Below, piece by piece: positions 47,901 to 59,545 of a DNA stretch of 64,000 nucleotides (positions are counted from its first letter, which is position 1; each line of letters begins with the position of its first letter). A program made the position numbers and the translations under genes. Below the pieces are notes generated by a model, which saw only the letters and a program-made list of their open reading frames with translations, made no database searches and was not told the DNA's origin. The DNA is from Hydrurus foetidus (taxonomy: Eukaryota): the NCBI GenBank assembly GCA_900617105.1, contig UYFQ01000035.1, positions 1 through 64,000 on the forward strand, in the 5' to 3' direction.

Positions 47901-50281
47901 TGTTCCTAGCCAAGGACGATACGGACTATGCTGCCCTTCCCTGGATCGCAACATGCAACACACAGCGGCAACAGAAACTCACAGCAGCCAGAACAGAAGC
48001 AATAGAGGACCACTTGGGAATATTCCTTGACGGAAGCTTCGTTCCCCTCACTTTCCGACAAAGAATGTTCTTCGGCACCCCTTTGGCTAAGCTACGACAC
48101 AAAGTGAAGAAGGTGCGTAAGAGTTGCAACGAGATAGTGAAGAAGATAAAGCACCAAGATCTGGTCTGCAATGACGAGAGGGACATGGCGTTGCTGAGGG
48201 AGTTCATACTGGAGTGCCTCTGTCCGTTCAAACGACACGCACTCGCTGCCAACAACAGTGCATTCGATAAGGTGTCTGCGAAGACGGTGTCTTGGACGGT
48301 GTACATATCGTCATGGACATTCATATCGGGCTCTCTGCTCTTCTTCGTATACTGGATACTTGCATGGGGTGTCTACAAGGGAGATGAAGTGCTGAGGGCA
48401 TGGGGTGCAGTGTTCGGCACAGGAGCAGTGAGTGACATCTTGTTGGTGCAGATAACGAAGATTATGCTGCTCTACTACCTGCCTGCTGCTGCCATGCAGC
48501 CACAGCTACTGCGCATCAGAAGTGTGTTAGCTGACGTGAGCATGAATTACATCAATCGCAACCATCCCTTAGAGGCAGAGGAGGAAGAGAGGGAGGTGGT
48601 CAGTGTGGTGCAAAACATGTCTGCCGCATGTCGGGCTTCACGGTCTAGCGAGCTGAACGGACTGCCTGCTGCCTGGCTGCTAAGACAGGTGACACGTCAT
48701 ATGATATCATACCGTGTGTGACCCAGCACAGAACAATTGCTAGCATGCACTGCTGTACCTTTACGCGCCATTCTATCTCGTAGACCACTGTGTTCCCTTT
48801 CATTCCTATCTCACGCCCCCTTTACGATCTCAACTCATTCAGCCTTGTCTTTCGCTTTCTTTTCTTCTCAGTTGGACGATGTGGATGCGCGTAGGTGCAG
48901 GGACGGTCGGTCACAGTACCTGGGCACCATTTCCTTCTTCATGATAGCAGTGCCCATGATACTCATACTGACCAATGAAGCCCTAGGCAGTGCAGTCATC
49001 GATGCTGCTATACCCGCCATGTACTCCGCTATATTCGTGTTGGGCGCATATCTGTACTCCATCTCTCTGCTAGCCCTGCTGCTCACCTTCTGCCTCGTCA
49101 TCGCTGCTGTGAACTACTGGACCTTCGTGTACCGCCCTGCATGCAAAGCGCACATCCGCAGGAAGGAGAAGTTGAGGAGGATGAACAGTGCGGGCCACTC
49201 CCCTCTACACGTCGGAGGGACAAAGGCAAAGGGTGCTGCTTCACCTGCAATGACTCGATCCGAATCGGCAGCAAGACAGGCATCGGTATCTGCGTATTTC
49301 AGACGCGTGACGAACATCATGCGACACTCCCTTCAGCACGGCATCTCACTGCTCTCACTCAGACGTACTAGGAACTCAAAGGACAAAGAGAAAGCGCTAC
49401 AAGGCGTGTGGCGCACCATGAACCGATCCGCACCCATCACCACCAGCAGTAGCAGTGAGAGGGAGCGGGAGGGGGAGGGGTCTCCTGTGAAGGCGATACA
49501 GAGCAGACGACACAGCACAATATCTCGGGACCCTTCCAGTACGATGGCATCCATTCAGAAGCTGAAATCTTCTTTCCGCGTGAGAGACGGTCGGTCTAGC
49601 TCTTACTGGTGCAACTCTCACTCTGACAGTGAGGCTGTGATAATGTCTCTAGGGTACGGGAGTGTGAGTGCGGAGGAGTCCAAGAGGAGACTGACCCCTC
49701 AGATTGTCTTCGAGGCAGGGCACGTCTTCTCCCTCATCCGATCTCGCGTACTAAACCCTGAGGAGCAGAGCGAAGATGTCCTCAGGGGCGCAGTGGTGTC
49801 TGAGTCAGTTCTGTACAAGGAGTACCGCAGGGCGCTTGACGTGTTCTATCCTGACGGTGTAGCGCTCTCACCGACTGAGATAGAGGAGGCGTGTGAGCTG
49901 TACGACCAGTGGAAGGTGTCCGTGAACGATCACTTTACGGTGAGGATAGTCGGGTCTGCCGCTGTGCAGGTGCGCATGATCAGACTGAGCTTGTTCGAGG
50001 AGTGGATGTCGAAGGGCATACTGGCCATCTTACGGAGCAATCTCACCGACAGACTGATGGACAGCACACTGCAACGAGTGCCGAGGATGGTGAAGAGGTT
50101 GTCTGATGCGAGTTGCTCCATTGACAAGATCCCTGTTCCGACCAGCATTTCATTCAGGCGAAACTTGAAGAAGCTCAACGTAGTCACCCCATACAAACTA
50201 GCCTCCTTGTCGGAGCACTTCGACGCACCTGCACCGGACACAATCATGATGTCTAAATGTTCCTCCATCGTCAGATTGTAA
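11948..50281 (+). CDS. Giant polycystin-1/REJ-like membrane glycoprotein (~12,000 aa): signal peptide, LRR, mucin-like P/S/T array, REJ-like, EGF-like, GPS-like, ~8 TM
   Basis: Frame-consistent GT-AG exon chain built by hand: 11948-12155, 12244-12996, 13116-13231, 13345-42827, 43002-44040, 44159-44326, 44441-44615, 44804-45110, 45283-46863, 47111-47531, 47850-48688, 48872-50281. Motifs: signal peptide MVAFYCAFNITLIITLFIRASS; plant-type LRRs (LxxNxLSGTIP); REJ-like LILDATGS, LLLDASISAD, FK|WSC, NSPPRGG; EGF-like CSGNGAC...CVCGSGYGGRDC; several hydrophobic helices. Exon 4 has several frameshifts within the repeats, probably sequencing/assembly errors. Confidence 0.8.
12244..12996 (+). CDS. Exon encoding the extracellular plant-receptor-type LRR domain of the giant gene
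   Basis: WCLFEGVRC N-cap followed by LSGTLPASIG, DVSHNHLSGTIP, LSNNMFTGFIP, LDSNKLTGTIP and LDKNSLTGPTP. Confidence 0.88.
13724..19532 (+). repeat. Coding tandem array 1: 72-bp unit (PSSVPTSIPTSEPSSSPTLLPSDA) mixed with 36-bp units (PSSVPTSAPSVR)
   Basis: Seen directly: 36-bp units at ~13724-14085, then roughly 70 72-bp units with scattered indels. Confidence 0.95.
19533..40941 (+). repeat. Coding tandem array 2: 75-bp unit (TSSVPSSMPSSSSPTPRPTISPSDV), ~285 nearly identical copies
   Basis: Perfect 75-bp periodicity apart from the junction zone (~19533-19980) and breaks at ~28890-28975, ~32670-32760 and ~38813. The last copies run in frame into unique coding sequence at 40942. Confidence 0.97.
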
Positions 50282-52191
50282 GCTGTCCTATACAGATCAT
50301 ACAAATCTGATTATATGAAATCGTCCCTCAGTTCAATCGTGGGTAGATGGTCGATGGCTCTGGAACTCCTCTTATTCCGACAGAAAATAGGTCAAACCGA
50401 ATTAAATCACTGGAACTACTAGGGGTTGCTATACCTCGTGTTTAGAAGCGCCCGAAGAGGATTTTGCACATGAAGAAAATAAAAAATAAGTAGGTACTGT
50501 ACTGTGCGGTACGTCGCATTAAAAACATTTGTCTGGACTGGACTGGACTACACTGCTCTGCTCTGAAAAGAGAGGGATTAATATTGCTGTACAGTGCCAT
50601 TTACAATATAAGTTGAGTACAACCATACTCAGGCTCGAAAAAAAGCCAATCACTAGTAAGCAAAACATACTGGAATATGATTCAAAATAATTCAATAAAA
50701 TACAAACAGACTGCACGCGTCTACTAAAAAACGAAAAATAGTAAGTACTCTGCTTTGTCCGCTCATCAAACATCCGTTGTTCTTTTTTCTTTTCATTTCT
50801 TTTTTCTTGTTCTTAAATTTTATAGCTAGCTTTTTAAAATTGATTCATGGAAATGTGTACATCTGCGCTATGAGACCATTCAGTCGGATTACCGGTAGAT
50901 CTCTCACACAGACAGAAATATTATCACTGCGCTTTCAGATCAATTTCATGACTTCATCATAGTACGAAATGTATGCAGAAGACTGAATGAATCTTATTTT
51001 ATCTTATCTAGTTAATCTATTGCCAGGGTAGTTAGGACAGCTAAATTAATCGAATAGTAACTTTTCAAATACATCTTTAGTTGCATTTTCTCTCTGCAGA
51101 GGAACACGCACAGCACCTTCAAACTCATTTATATGACGCATAGAGTGTGATCTCAGCAAAACATGTGTGTCACCAATCCTCTCCTCACTGCACTGCACTG
51201 CACTGCACCAGAATGCAATGTGAGAATCAGTATTCGGCAGACTTGAAAATCACCACGAACTGATTCTGCATATTCCGTACGGTTTCTGTGAGAGCAATCC
51301 TGACTCTTCTTGCGTGATAGTGAAGATGTCCAGCGCCGAAGAAAAAGATAGGAACAGAATGAGAGAACTTATTACGTGTTCGTATGTTCATACAAATATG
51401 ATCAGGCTGGTTGTCGGTATTTAGGATACTTGCATCGGTAGAAATGCACTGTATTGTTGGAAATCTGGGCGATTTACACGGAGTTTTCTCCGGTGTTCCA
51501 AACGATCCCTGCACTTCCGACTGCTAGCAACGCTTGCTCAAAAGAGAAGACAACGTTCTATTCGGTAAGTTGGATTAAACGACAGTGACATGCTGTCGAT
51601 TACATCTAGGTAGCATAACATGAGTGCGAGGGTTGCGGTCAATGTTATCGCTGAATGTACGTATCTACACACGTGTGCACCCAAACGGTTAATTGGGCAC
51701 GAAAAATGGAATTAAACGATGGAATTCATTTTTGAGAGGGAGCCGTGCCCGATTTTAACCGTTCTGGTGCACGGGTATGGAAAACAATCATACATCACAC
51801 AGGGTACAAGATCCTAGTCTAATCCGGATATTATCCCAACATCGGGGTCCAAGTTATCATCGTTTGAAAAAATATTTGAAATGTCTTGAAAATTGTCAGT
51901 CGAATCGTGTTCTCGTTCTATGGAGTACATTCACTACCAACCCATTTTTAGCCAGTTGGACCCTTTTAAGAAGAGCTCACCGAAGAATTCACTTCGTCGA
52001 TATCCAAGTTTCTAGTTCCGTGCGACAGCCTCGAATATAATTATTTCGCACAGCAACGAGGAAGGGTTGGATAAGGTAGATCATCTGTCAGTTGCAGAAT
52101 ACGTGACCTCAATTGCTCACGTAGACGTTACATCGGGAACACAACGCCGACGACCAAACTGAAACTGTTCTTCATCTTCAGCAGGGTTACA

Positions 52192-55100
52192 ATGAGATCT
52201 ATGATTAGCTCGATGGCTGGTGGAGGGAAGTCTTCTCAACACAATGGAAACCTTGATTTCGACGATGAAGCGAGAGCACTTTTTGAAAGGTGTCCATGCG
52301 ACCTCAATTTCAAAGTTTTCTCTCTCTTTTTAGTATCCTCAAGACTGCGAAAATGCATTCAGGTCTCACTATCAATAATGCATAATAACTTACAAGGCTC
52401 AACCTGGACCCCAACTTCAAATCGTCAGGGCAATGGAATCCTGTTGACCCAATTTTTCGGTGAGCCACAGTGATTGCAGATAGCTAAAAGCTGCTGGAAT
52501 ATTCTTCTAATCACGTTCACCAGCATCTCTGGGAAATTATTTTCATGAGAAAGCGCTAAATATTGTCATGAAGCTGAACAGAGAGAAGGTCACTGTATAA
52601 ATCCGCTGAAATCTTATGCCTAAATCTCAGGTTGTCGTTAAGAGTCCGATCAGAAGTTCTTCTTAAGCTATAATTCACTGCGCCATTGACGCGATATTAC
52701 CTACGTGATCCACAACAATATTCCACACCTCTAACTCACTCAGTCATCGATCTCTCCAAGTTCTGTTGGTCTTCTCATAAATTTCTTCGTCACTTTTCAC
52801 AGGCACTCCGAAGGTAAAGGCACAATTTACGTGGGCAATCAAACAGCCGCTGAGAACTACACATTCCTCAAGTGAGTTCCCCCCCTCTGTCTTGTCTACT
52901 CTTTTTCTACATTGAAAGAAGCACTGCATATTGCTGCTCATACATGCTGTGACATGTCACATTTCTCTCTAAATGTCGCACTGCAATCCAGCACACACTT
53001 TTCCTCAGTCCAGCACACACTTTTCCTCCTCACCTCCAGCCGTAATTAAAGTTGCATACGTCGCATTCTGCCGTAGACACAAAGAACATTCTGGCATCAC
53101 TACATGAATTTATGTTTTGTCCTTTTTACAGAGTACCGCTGGACATACAAAAATATTTTTCTCTATATATTTTGTTGAATCACTTCACAATCTGTTATAT
53201 GTGAGGTTTTATTTTCTTGCTCTTAAATGTCGTATGTCAATGATCAAATCATCACCCCTTCGGTCTTATTCTCGACATTATGACACTGTTGCTACACTGA
53301 CTCCGACAATCTTTAAAACCTTCTATTCTTGATTTATCAAACATCCATGCACTCATTACTACCCCCAATGTAATTCCCTCTCTCATTCTCGACTTATTTC
53401 TTTTCTTTTTGCCATCGTCCCACTCTTTATTTTCCTTCCTCTCATTACCATCTCCTCTCAACTCTACTCTTCTCTTTCCCTCTCTTCTTCTTTCTTCTCT
53501 TCTCATTTTATTTTTTCTCTCTTTTTCTTTTTTCTATTTTTCTTTTTCTTTTCTTTACCTAGAGGTCTTGGCATCACGAGAGTTGTCAACTGCACCAATG
53601 GAATTTCGAAGATTCCTAACTTTCACGAAGACAAGCTACTCTACTACACGTTCACGGTGAGCACAGATAAATTGAAACAAAATAAACACACTACAGTACA
53701 GAACATAAGTTGACAAAAAAAGTCGGATAAAACGTAACAAAATAAAACAAATCTCAACTTGAAAAATCAAACAAATACAATTACGCCCTCTTTCTCTTAT
53801 GCAGAAGAAGAGTGCGACTCAGTACGTTTCATCACTGCCACTGCAATCCTACATTCATCACTCAATTAATTTTATTTTTATTTCTGACTCCGGCCAAATT
53901 CTAAATCCTTGTTCTCTCATCCTTTTTACTTTTCTTAGATCAGTCATTGGCAGTCAAAAACTACGGAAACCAATGAAAGCATACTAGGTACAGAAGTATG
54001 TGATATTGCATAATGAGTATGACTACAGTGTGATAGCATATTGTATACTGCAGTCTGATATGATATTAGTCGATGTGATACGATTTGACGTGATACGACA
54101 GTCAGTGACTCAGCACTACATGAAACAGATTTGAGAAATGATGAATGAGTTAATCGAGTCGTAGAATGATGAGATGGAGGAGTACATGTAACGGACGCAC
54201 TGACGAAGTGTTCGTTTTAGCAAAACGGATCTGGAAGCTCACGATGCAGTGTGATTTTAAGCCACGTCAGTGCGGTGCAGTGCAGCACGTGATAATGAGA
54301 TGCAGTGAGATTAATTCTTTTCAGCACTTTACAACGCGATGTAGCGAATCAGCTGCATCATGTTGAACTGCTTACAACCAGTAATTGTCCACTCGCCCGT
54401 CTCGATATTCTGCATCGTGTGGGCGCATCAGCTATTCCATTCCATCCTACAATGCCTGCCTATGCTGTTCATACGGTACTGTCTCTCTCCGCACATACTC
54501 TTCTGCACTGCCCTACCAAATATTGCACATTATTTTCCCTTTCATTTCATTTTAGAATTCTCGGACCCTATGTTCCAGTTCATCGAAGACGCGATATCCA
54601 AGGGGGAAAGCGTGTTGGTACGTACGTGCATGTGTTGAATGTGACGTGTAGCATTTCTACTATTAACACTGTCACATGACTGCTTGAATACAACACATCT
54701 CTTCGGTGACGATGCATCAAGTACGCTGAGTTTTCCCGGTGTATTCTTCAAGGGACCAAACCCATTTAGTGCTCCTGCATGCATATCTCGCGCACGAGCT
54801 TTTCTCACTTCCACTGCTTTCTGCTCTCCTCTCTTCTTTATTGTCTTCTTTCATATTTCTTTCCCTTTCCCCTCTATACATTGTCTACTTGTCTATTCAT
54901 TTCTCTTCTTTGTCTCCCCTGTGTTCCTTGTATTCTTTTTTCTTCTTTTTCTCTATCTCTTTTTCCCATTCCTCATTTATTTCTCTCCCTTACTCCTTTC
55001 ATCACAGGTCCATTGTTTGGCTGGCGCACACAGGGCGGGTACCACTGGATGTGCGTGTCTGATGCACTTCGCAGGTAGGTACTAGAACTGCTGACTCCAT

Positions 55101-55552
55101 GATTTATCATCTATCCGTCAGTGACTGTATCTTTATCGAGGATGATGTTGGATAGATTGGCTGTTGGGAGTCATGGGATGGGATGGTATCTGAATGACTG
55201 GCTCTTGCAAATTCCCCTCACGTATCGGTATTTGCACTATTTTCCATCCTACTCTTACTTTACATCTGTTCAGTAAATCTGTTCTCTGCACGACCCTTAA
55301 GTCAGACCAGGTCCCTTTCTCTCTCTCATACATACGCACATGCACCGCAGCCCATAACTCATCTACCGCAACCACCATTGCACCGTGTCTATAGGTATGG
55401 ACGTATCTACCGCAATCTCAACGGCCAAAAGATGTCGGCCAATCATCGACCCAATAGGACAGCTTCCCGATTTCTTACACAGATTGAAGAAGGCTACTGA
55501 CGCACTTGCTGTGAAGCATACGTCAGCACCGGATGATGTGACATCCAAATAG
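52192..55552 (+). CDS. Dual-specificity protein phosphatase (8 exons)
   Basis: Exons 52192-52289, 52397-52459, 52803-52870, 53563-53656, 53939-53987, 54556-54617, 55008-55074 and 55395-55552 splice in frame. They give IYVGNQTAA...LGITRVVNCT...FIEDAISKGESVLVHCLAGAHRAGT...AKRCRPIIDPI, the DSP HCxxGxxR signature. Confidence 0.9.
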
Positions 55553-56230
55553 ATGATAGGGAAGTGATGGCCGGATAGACAATAGGGAAGAGTGAAGTCT
55601 TTAGGACAGTTGTTTGGAAGGAGAGAGGAGAGGAGGAATTTGTATGGTACATAGGCCACACAATTGATCATGAGTGAGACAATTGATTGAGCAAATATGC
55701 AATGACACCGTTAAAAAATTATTGAACTAGGTAAGAAAGGGACAGAAATGAAGCACCATATATACAGGAGATTGAAAAAAATTAAGGTTGGAAAAAATGG
55801 AGAAAGAAAATGCCTACAACGCTGTTAAGAAAAACCTTTTTAAGCTGGATCAATGCTAGCAACATTCTGACTGAGAAATATAGACAGTCTGAAAGGCTGC
55901 GAAAAATGTCCTCCCCTATCTTTATCACTGCCTAGCCTTGTTTTACCTCACAATATTTCAATTTTAGTTCGTAGTTTTCTATTCTTCAACTCTTCGACAC
56001 CGCTTCTGTCTATCACCGAGTTCATCCGTGCGGATGAGAATTGTGTATCATCTCTTACGGCGTCAGCTGTGTCCTTAGCTACCATCTGAACATCGACAAA
56101 ATGACAACAAATCTCACCACCCGCACCTCACACCATTTCACAACCTCTTATACCAGCTCACACCGCTCCACATCACCTCGCCTCATCTCAACTCAACTCA
56201 TATTCATCTTCATATCCGACTTCTCCCTTC

Positions 56231-56597
56231 GCTTCTCCTTTCTTCCCTCATTCTATCTTCTCTTGTCTCATCTTCCCTCATCCTATCCTCTTTTGTCTCA
56301 TCTTCCCTCATCCTATCCTCTTTTGTCTCATCTTCCCTCATTCTATCTTCTCTTGTCTCATCTTCCCTCATCCTATCTTCTCTTGTCTCATCTTCCCTCA
56401 TCCAATCCTCTTTTGTCTCATCTTCCCTCATCCTATCTTCTCTTGTCTCATCTTCCCTCATCCTATCCTCTCTTGTCTCATCTTCCCTCATCCTATCTTC
56501 TCTTGTCTCATCTTCCCTCATCCTATCTTCTCTTGTCTCATCTTCCCTCATCCTATCTTCTCTTGTCTCATCTTCCCTCATCCTATCCTCTTTTGTC
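56231..56597. repeat. 30-bp pyrimidine-rich minisatellite (~12 copies of TCTTCCCTCATCCTATCTTCTCTTGTCTCA)
   Basis: Seen directly; intergenic. Confidence 0.9.
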
Positions 56598-57959
56598 CTA
56601 CCCTCCCTTGCCTTGATTTTCTTATTTTGCTCGTTTGCTGCCAGCTACGTATTATCACCGTGATGATATTGCATTATCACATCGTATCTATCATATTGCG
56701 CAATGTCACACTCATCCGCGCCTACGATGTGCAGCGTTGACGATTCACACTGAGTCGAGTCCAATTGATCATTCAATCAGAAATTCAAAGTTGGAAAAGT
56801 TAGGCAAGCGATCTCAGCTTTGTCTGTCATTCATATTTACACACATCCAGGAAGACAGGCAGACAGACGTATGGACAAATCATGTGTAACGAGGGGGATA
56901 TCAAAACCACATTTCATGTACTAATTTTCTCCTATCGACTGATTTTCTACCTCCATGAGAGATTGAAGACTTTCGAACCATAAGAAATAAACAGGCCGAT
57001 GAATTTAGACGGATGCACTTAATGCACTACTCTACTCATGACTGTGCAACACAGCGTGCTGCCACTTTAAAATCCATAAGAACGATAACAACAAATCTTG
57101 CTGCCGTGACTGACCTCCTTCAATCATATGTAAATAATCCGCCACTTTTCTTTCCTCTACTTTATGAATGACTACATTATCAGCACAGAAGAGAAGCGAA
57201 GAGAATTCCCTGCCGTCTGTGAGTGTGATAAAGTGAACCCCTTTCCTCGACTACGTCGTACCTAATTTTCTCTGGATATCGCCCACTTTGTTAATTCTGT
57301 TGATGGTCAGGCACGGTGTAATTCCATCAATTCAATTTCATTCCACGAGACATGGCTTGATCTACTTATTTACCCATTCTCGACCCCGTGTTATCAGCGG
57401 CTATTTCTCATGTGATTAAAAACACTCGAGGTATGATTTTCCTTGCAAATTATCAACAGCCCAGTGGAGCTGCACTCTTGATGGTATTAGCTGTTACAAT
57501 AGACGCGTTTTTGCTGTCTAGTATCAGGACGACACGTATCATATCATATCATATCAAGAAAGTTGCAGTACTGCTGCTTCGATAAAACCTTAAAAGAAGC
57601 GTCACTATAAATTTAAACTCTCACGTAACTGTCAATCAAGTGCATGCAGGACAGCAACCATCCAACATATTCAAACACCATAAACTTGAATAGGCTACGT
57701 ACTACGTATTGACTATTTTTTCACAGTCATATACATATGACTATTTGAAATAAACTTTTAAGGACAAGTGAAATGATTTCGATTATATCTTTTCTCATTC
57801 TCATCGTACTCATCTCACTGGCGACTACTGTTGATTCAGATTTATTGTGTGGCTATTTCATTGATAAATGATTACAGATTGACTATGTCTCATCTTTCCA
57901 TGGCATCGACACTACCGATTATTTATCACACGTTCAATATTTCTATCTGCGACGAGATT

Positions 57960-59545
57960 TTCATCAAAAGTAGATTATGCAACAAACACTTCATTGGTTG
58001 GTGAATATAACAATCATGCATATAAAACTGACCAGCAGTGTACAAAGTCCTCCGCCAATAGATTGTTACATCCTTGGGTCAGACATGCAATACTATCATC
58101 TGTCATCATCTTGTTTCCGTCGATAAATAAGCTTGTCAGTTCTCTGCAACCCTCTCCTAGCGCTGCTAATGATGCATCAGTTAGCTGATCGCGTCCTGAG
58201 ATACTTGATGATTTTAGAAAACTGCATCCCTGGGCAAGACATATTACACCCAACATCTGTAATGTTCTTGTTAAGAAACACATTAATACTTGTAAGTCCC
58301 TTGTAATCCTTTCCTATTTCTACCCAACAATCCATCAGACAGGGAAGGGCAGTCACTGATGTAGAGAGACTGTAGATAGCTGCATCCTTGGGCTAGAGAC
58401 GCCATACCAACATCTATCATGTTCACGTTAAGACAGATGTCAATTTTTTTCAGTCCCTTGCAATTTTTTCCTATCGCTGCTAAAGATTCATCTGTTAGAA
58501 GAGTGCAAACTGTGATATTGATAGACTGTAGAAAGCTGTATTCCTGGGTCAAGTATGCAATGCCATCATCTGTTACATTGCTGTTACAACTAACGTTAAT
58601 GCTTGTCAGTCCTCTGCAACCCTCTCCTATAGCTGCTAATGATGCATTTGTCAGACGAAAGCAATAATCAATATAGAGATACTGTAGAAAGCTGTATTCC
58701 TCAACCAGAGATGTTATACCATCATCTGTCATATTTGTTTTACCACACACATTAATGCTTGTCAGTCTTCTGCAACCTATTCCTACTGCTGCTAATGATT
58801 CATCCGTTAGAAGTGAGCATCTTAAGATATTGATAGACTGTAGACAGCTGCATTCCTGGGCCAGATACGCTATACCATCATTTGTCATGTTCTCGTTTTC
58901 ATCAATATTAATGCTTGTCAGTCCTCTGCAACCCTCTCCTATCACTGCTAATGATACATCAGTCAGCTGATCGTATCCTGAAATATTTATTGACTGTAAG
59001 CTAATACATCCCTGCGCAAGCACCCTGACACCTTTGTCTTCTATACCATCGCATTTCCTCATATCTAGATAAGTCAGTCCTTTACAGTGCTGACCTATTG
59101 CCGCAAACAATTGCCATGTCAGGCCTTGACACGATGCTATTTTAATACTGAGCAAATTGATGCACCCTGTAGCTATCATTTGGAGAGAGGCGTCAGTCAT
59201 ACCACAACCATCACTACCAACGACTGCAATCTTTGAAAGCTTGGGAAGATAAATCCCCTTGAACGCTGCATCCGTCGTATGATTTGTGCAGCATAGCATT
59301 ACTTGCATTGACGATGTTTCTACTCCTCGATCTATCAACCATCTTAGTCAGAAAGTTCTGTACAACAGTCCACTCATACATTTGATATCTATTAGGCCGC
59401 GTATTATCCGCAACCACACTAATCTCATACCTCGATTGCTCTGAACGTGATCAGCAGTATCGAACCACTCCAATATGAGGAGAAACAATAGATCGTTGCA
59501 CATAGGGCCGCTGCCACAAGCCGAGACATTGATATCTGTCGCAGA
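57960..59545 (-). pseudogene. Decayed F-box-like/cysteine-containing LRR (FBXL/AMN1-type) gene
   Basis: About 12 26-aa repeats such as LQSINISGYDQLTDVSLAVIGEGCRG. The upstream in-frame segment NDLLFLLILEWFD...RLVWL...RTF*LRWLIDRG has a TGA at 59348-59350. Frameshifts occur near 58330 and 58260. Confidence 0.75.

Noticed and set aside
56041..56616. ORFs of 191 aa (+) and 123 aa (-)
   Set aside because: They are translations of the 30-bp minisatellite.
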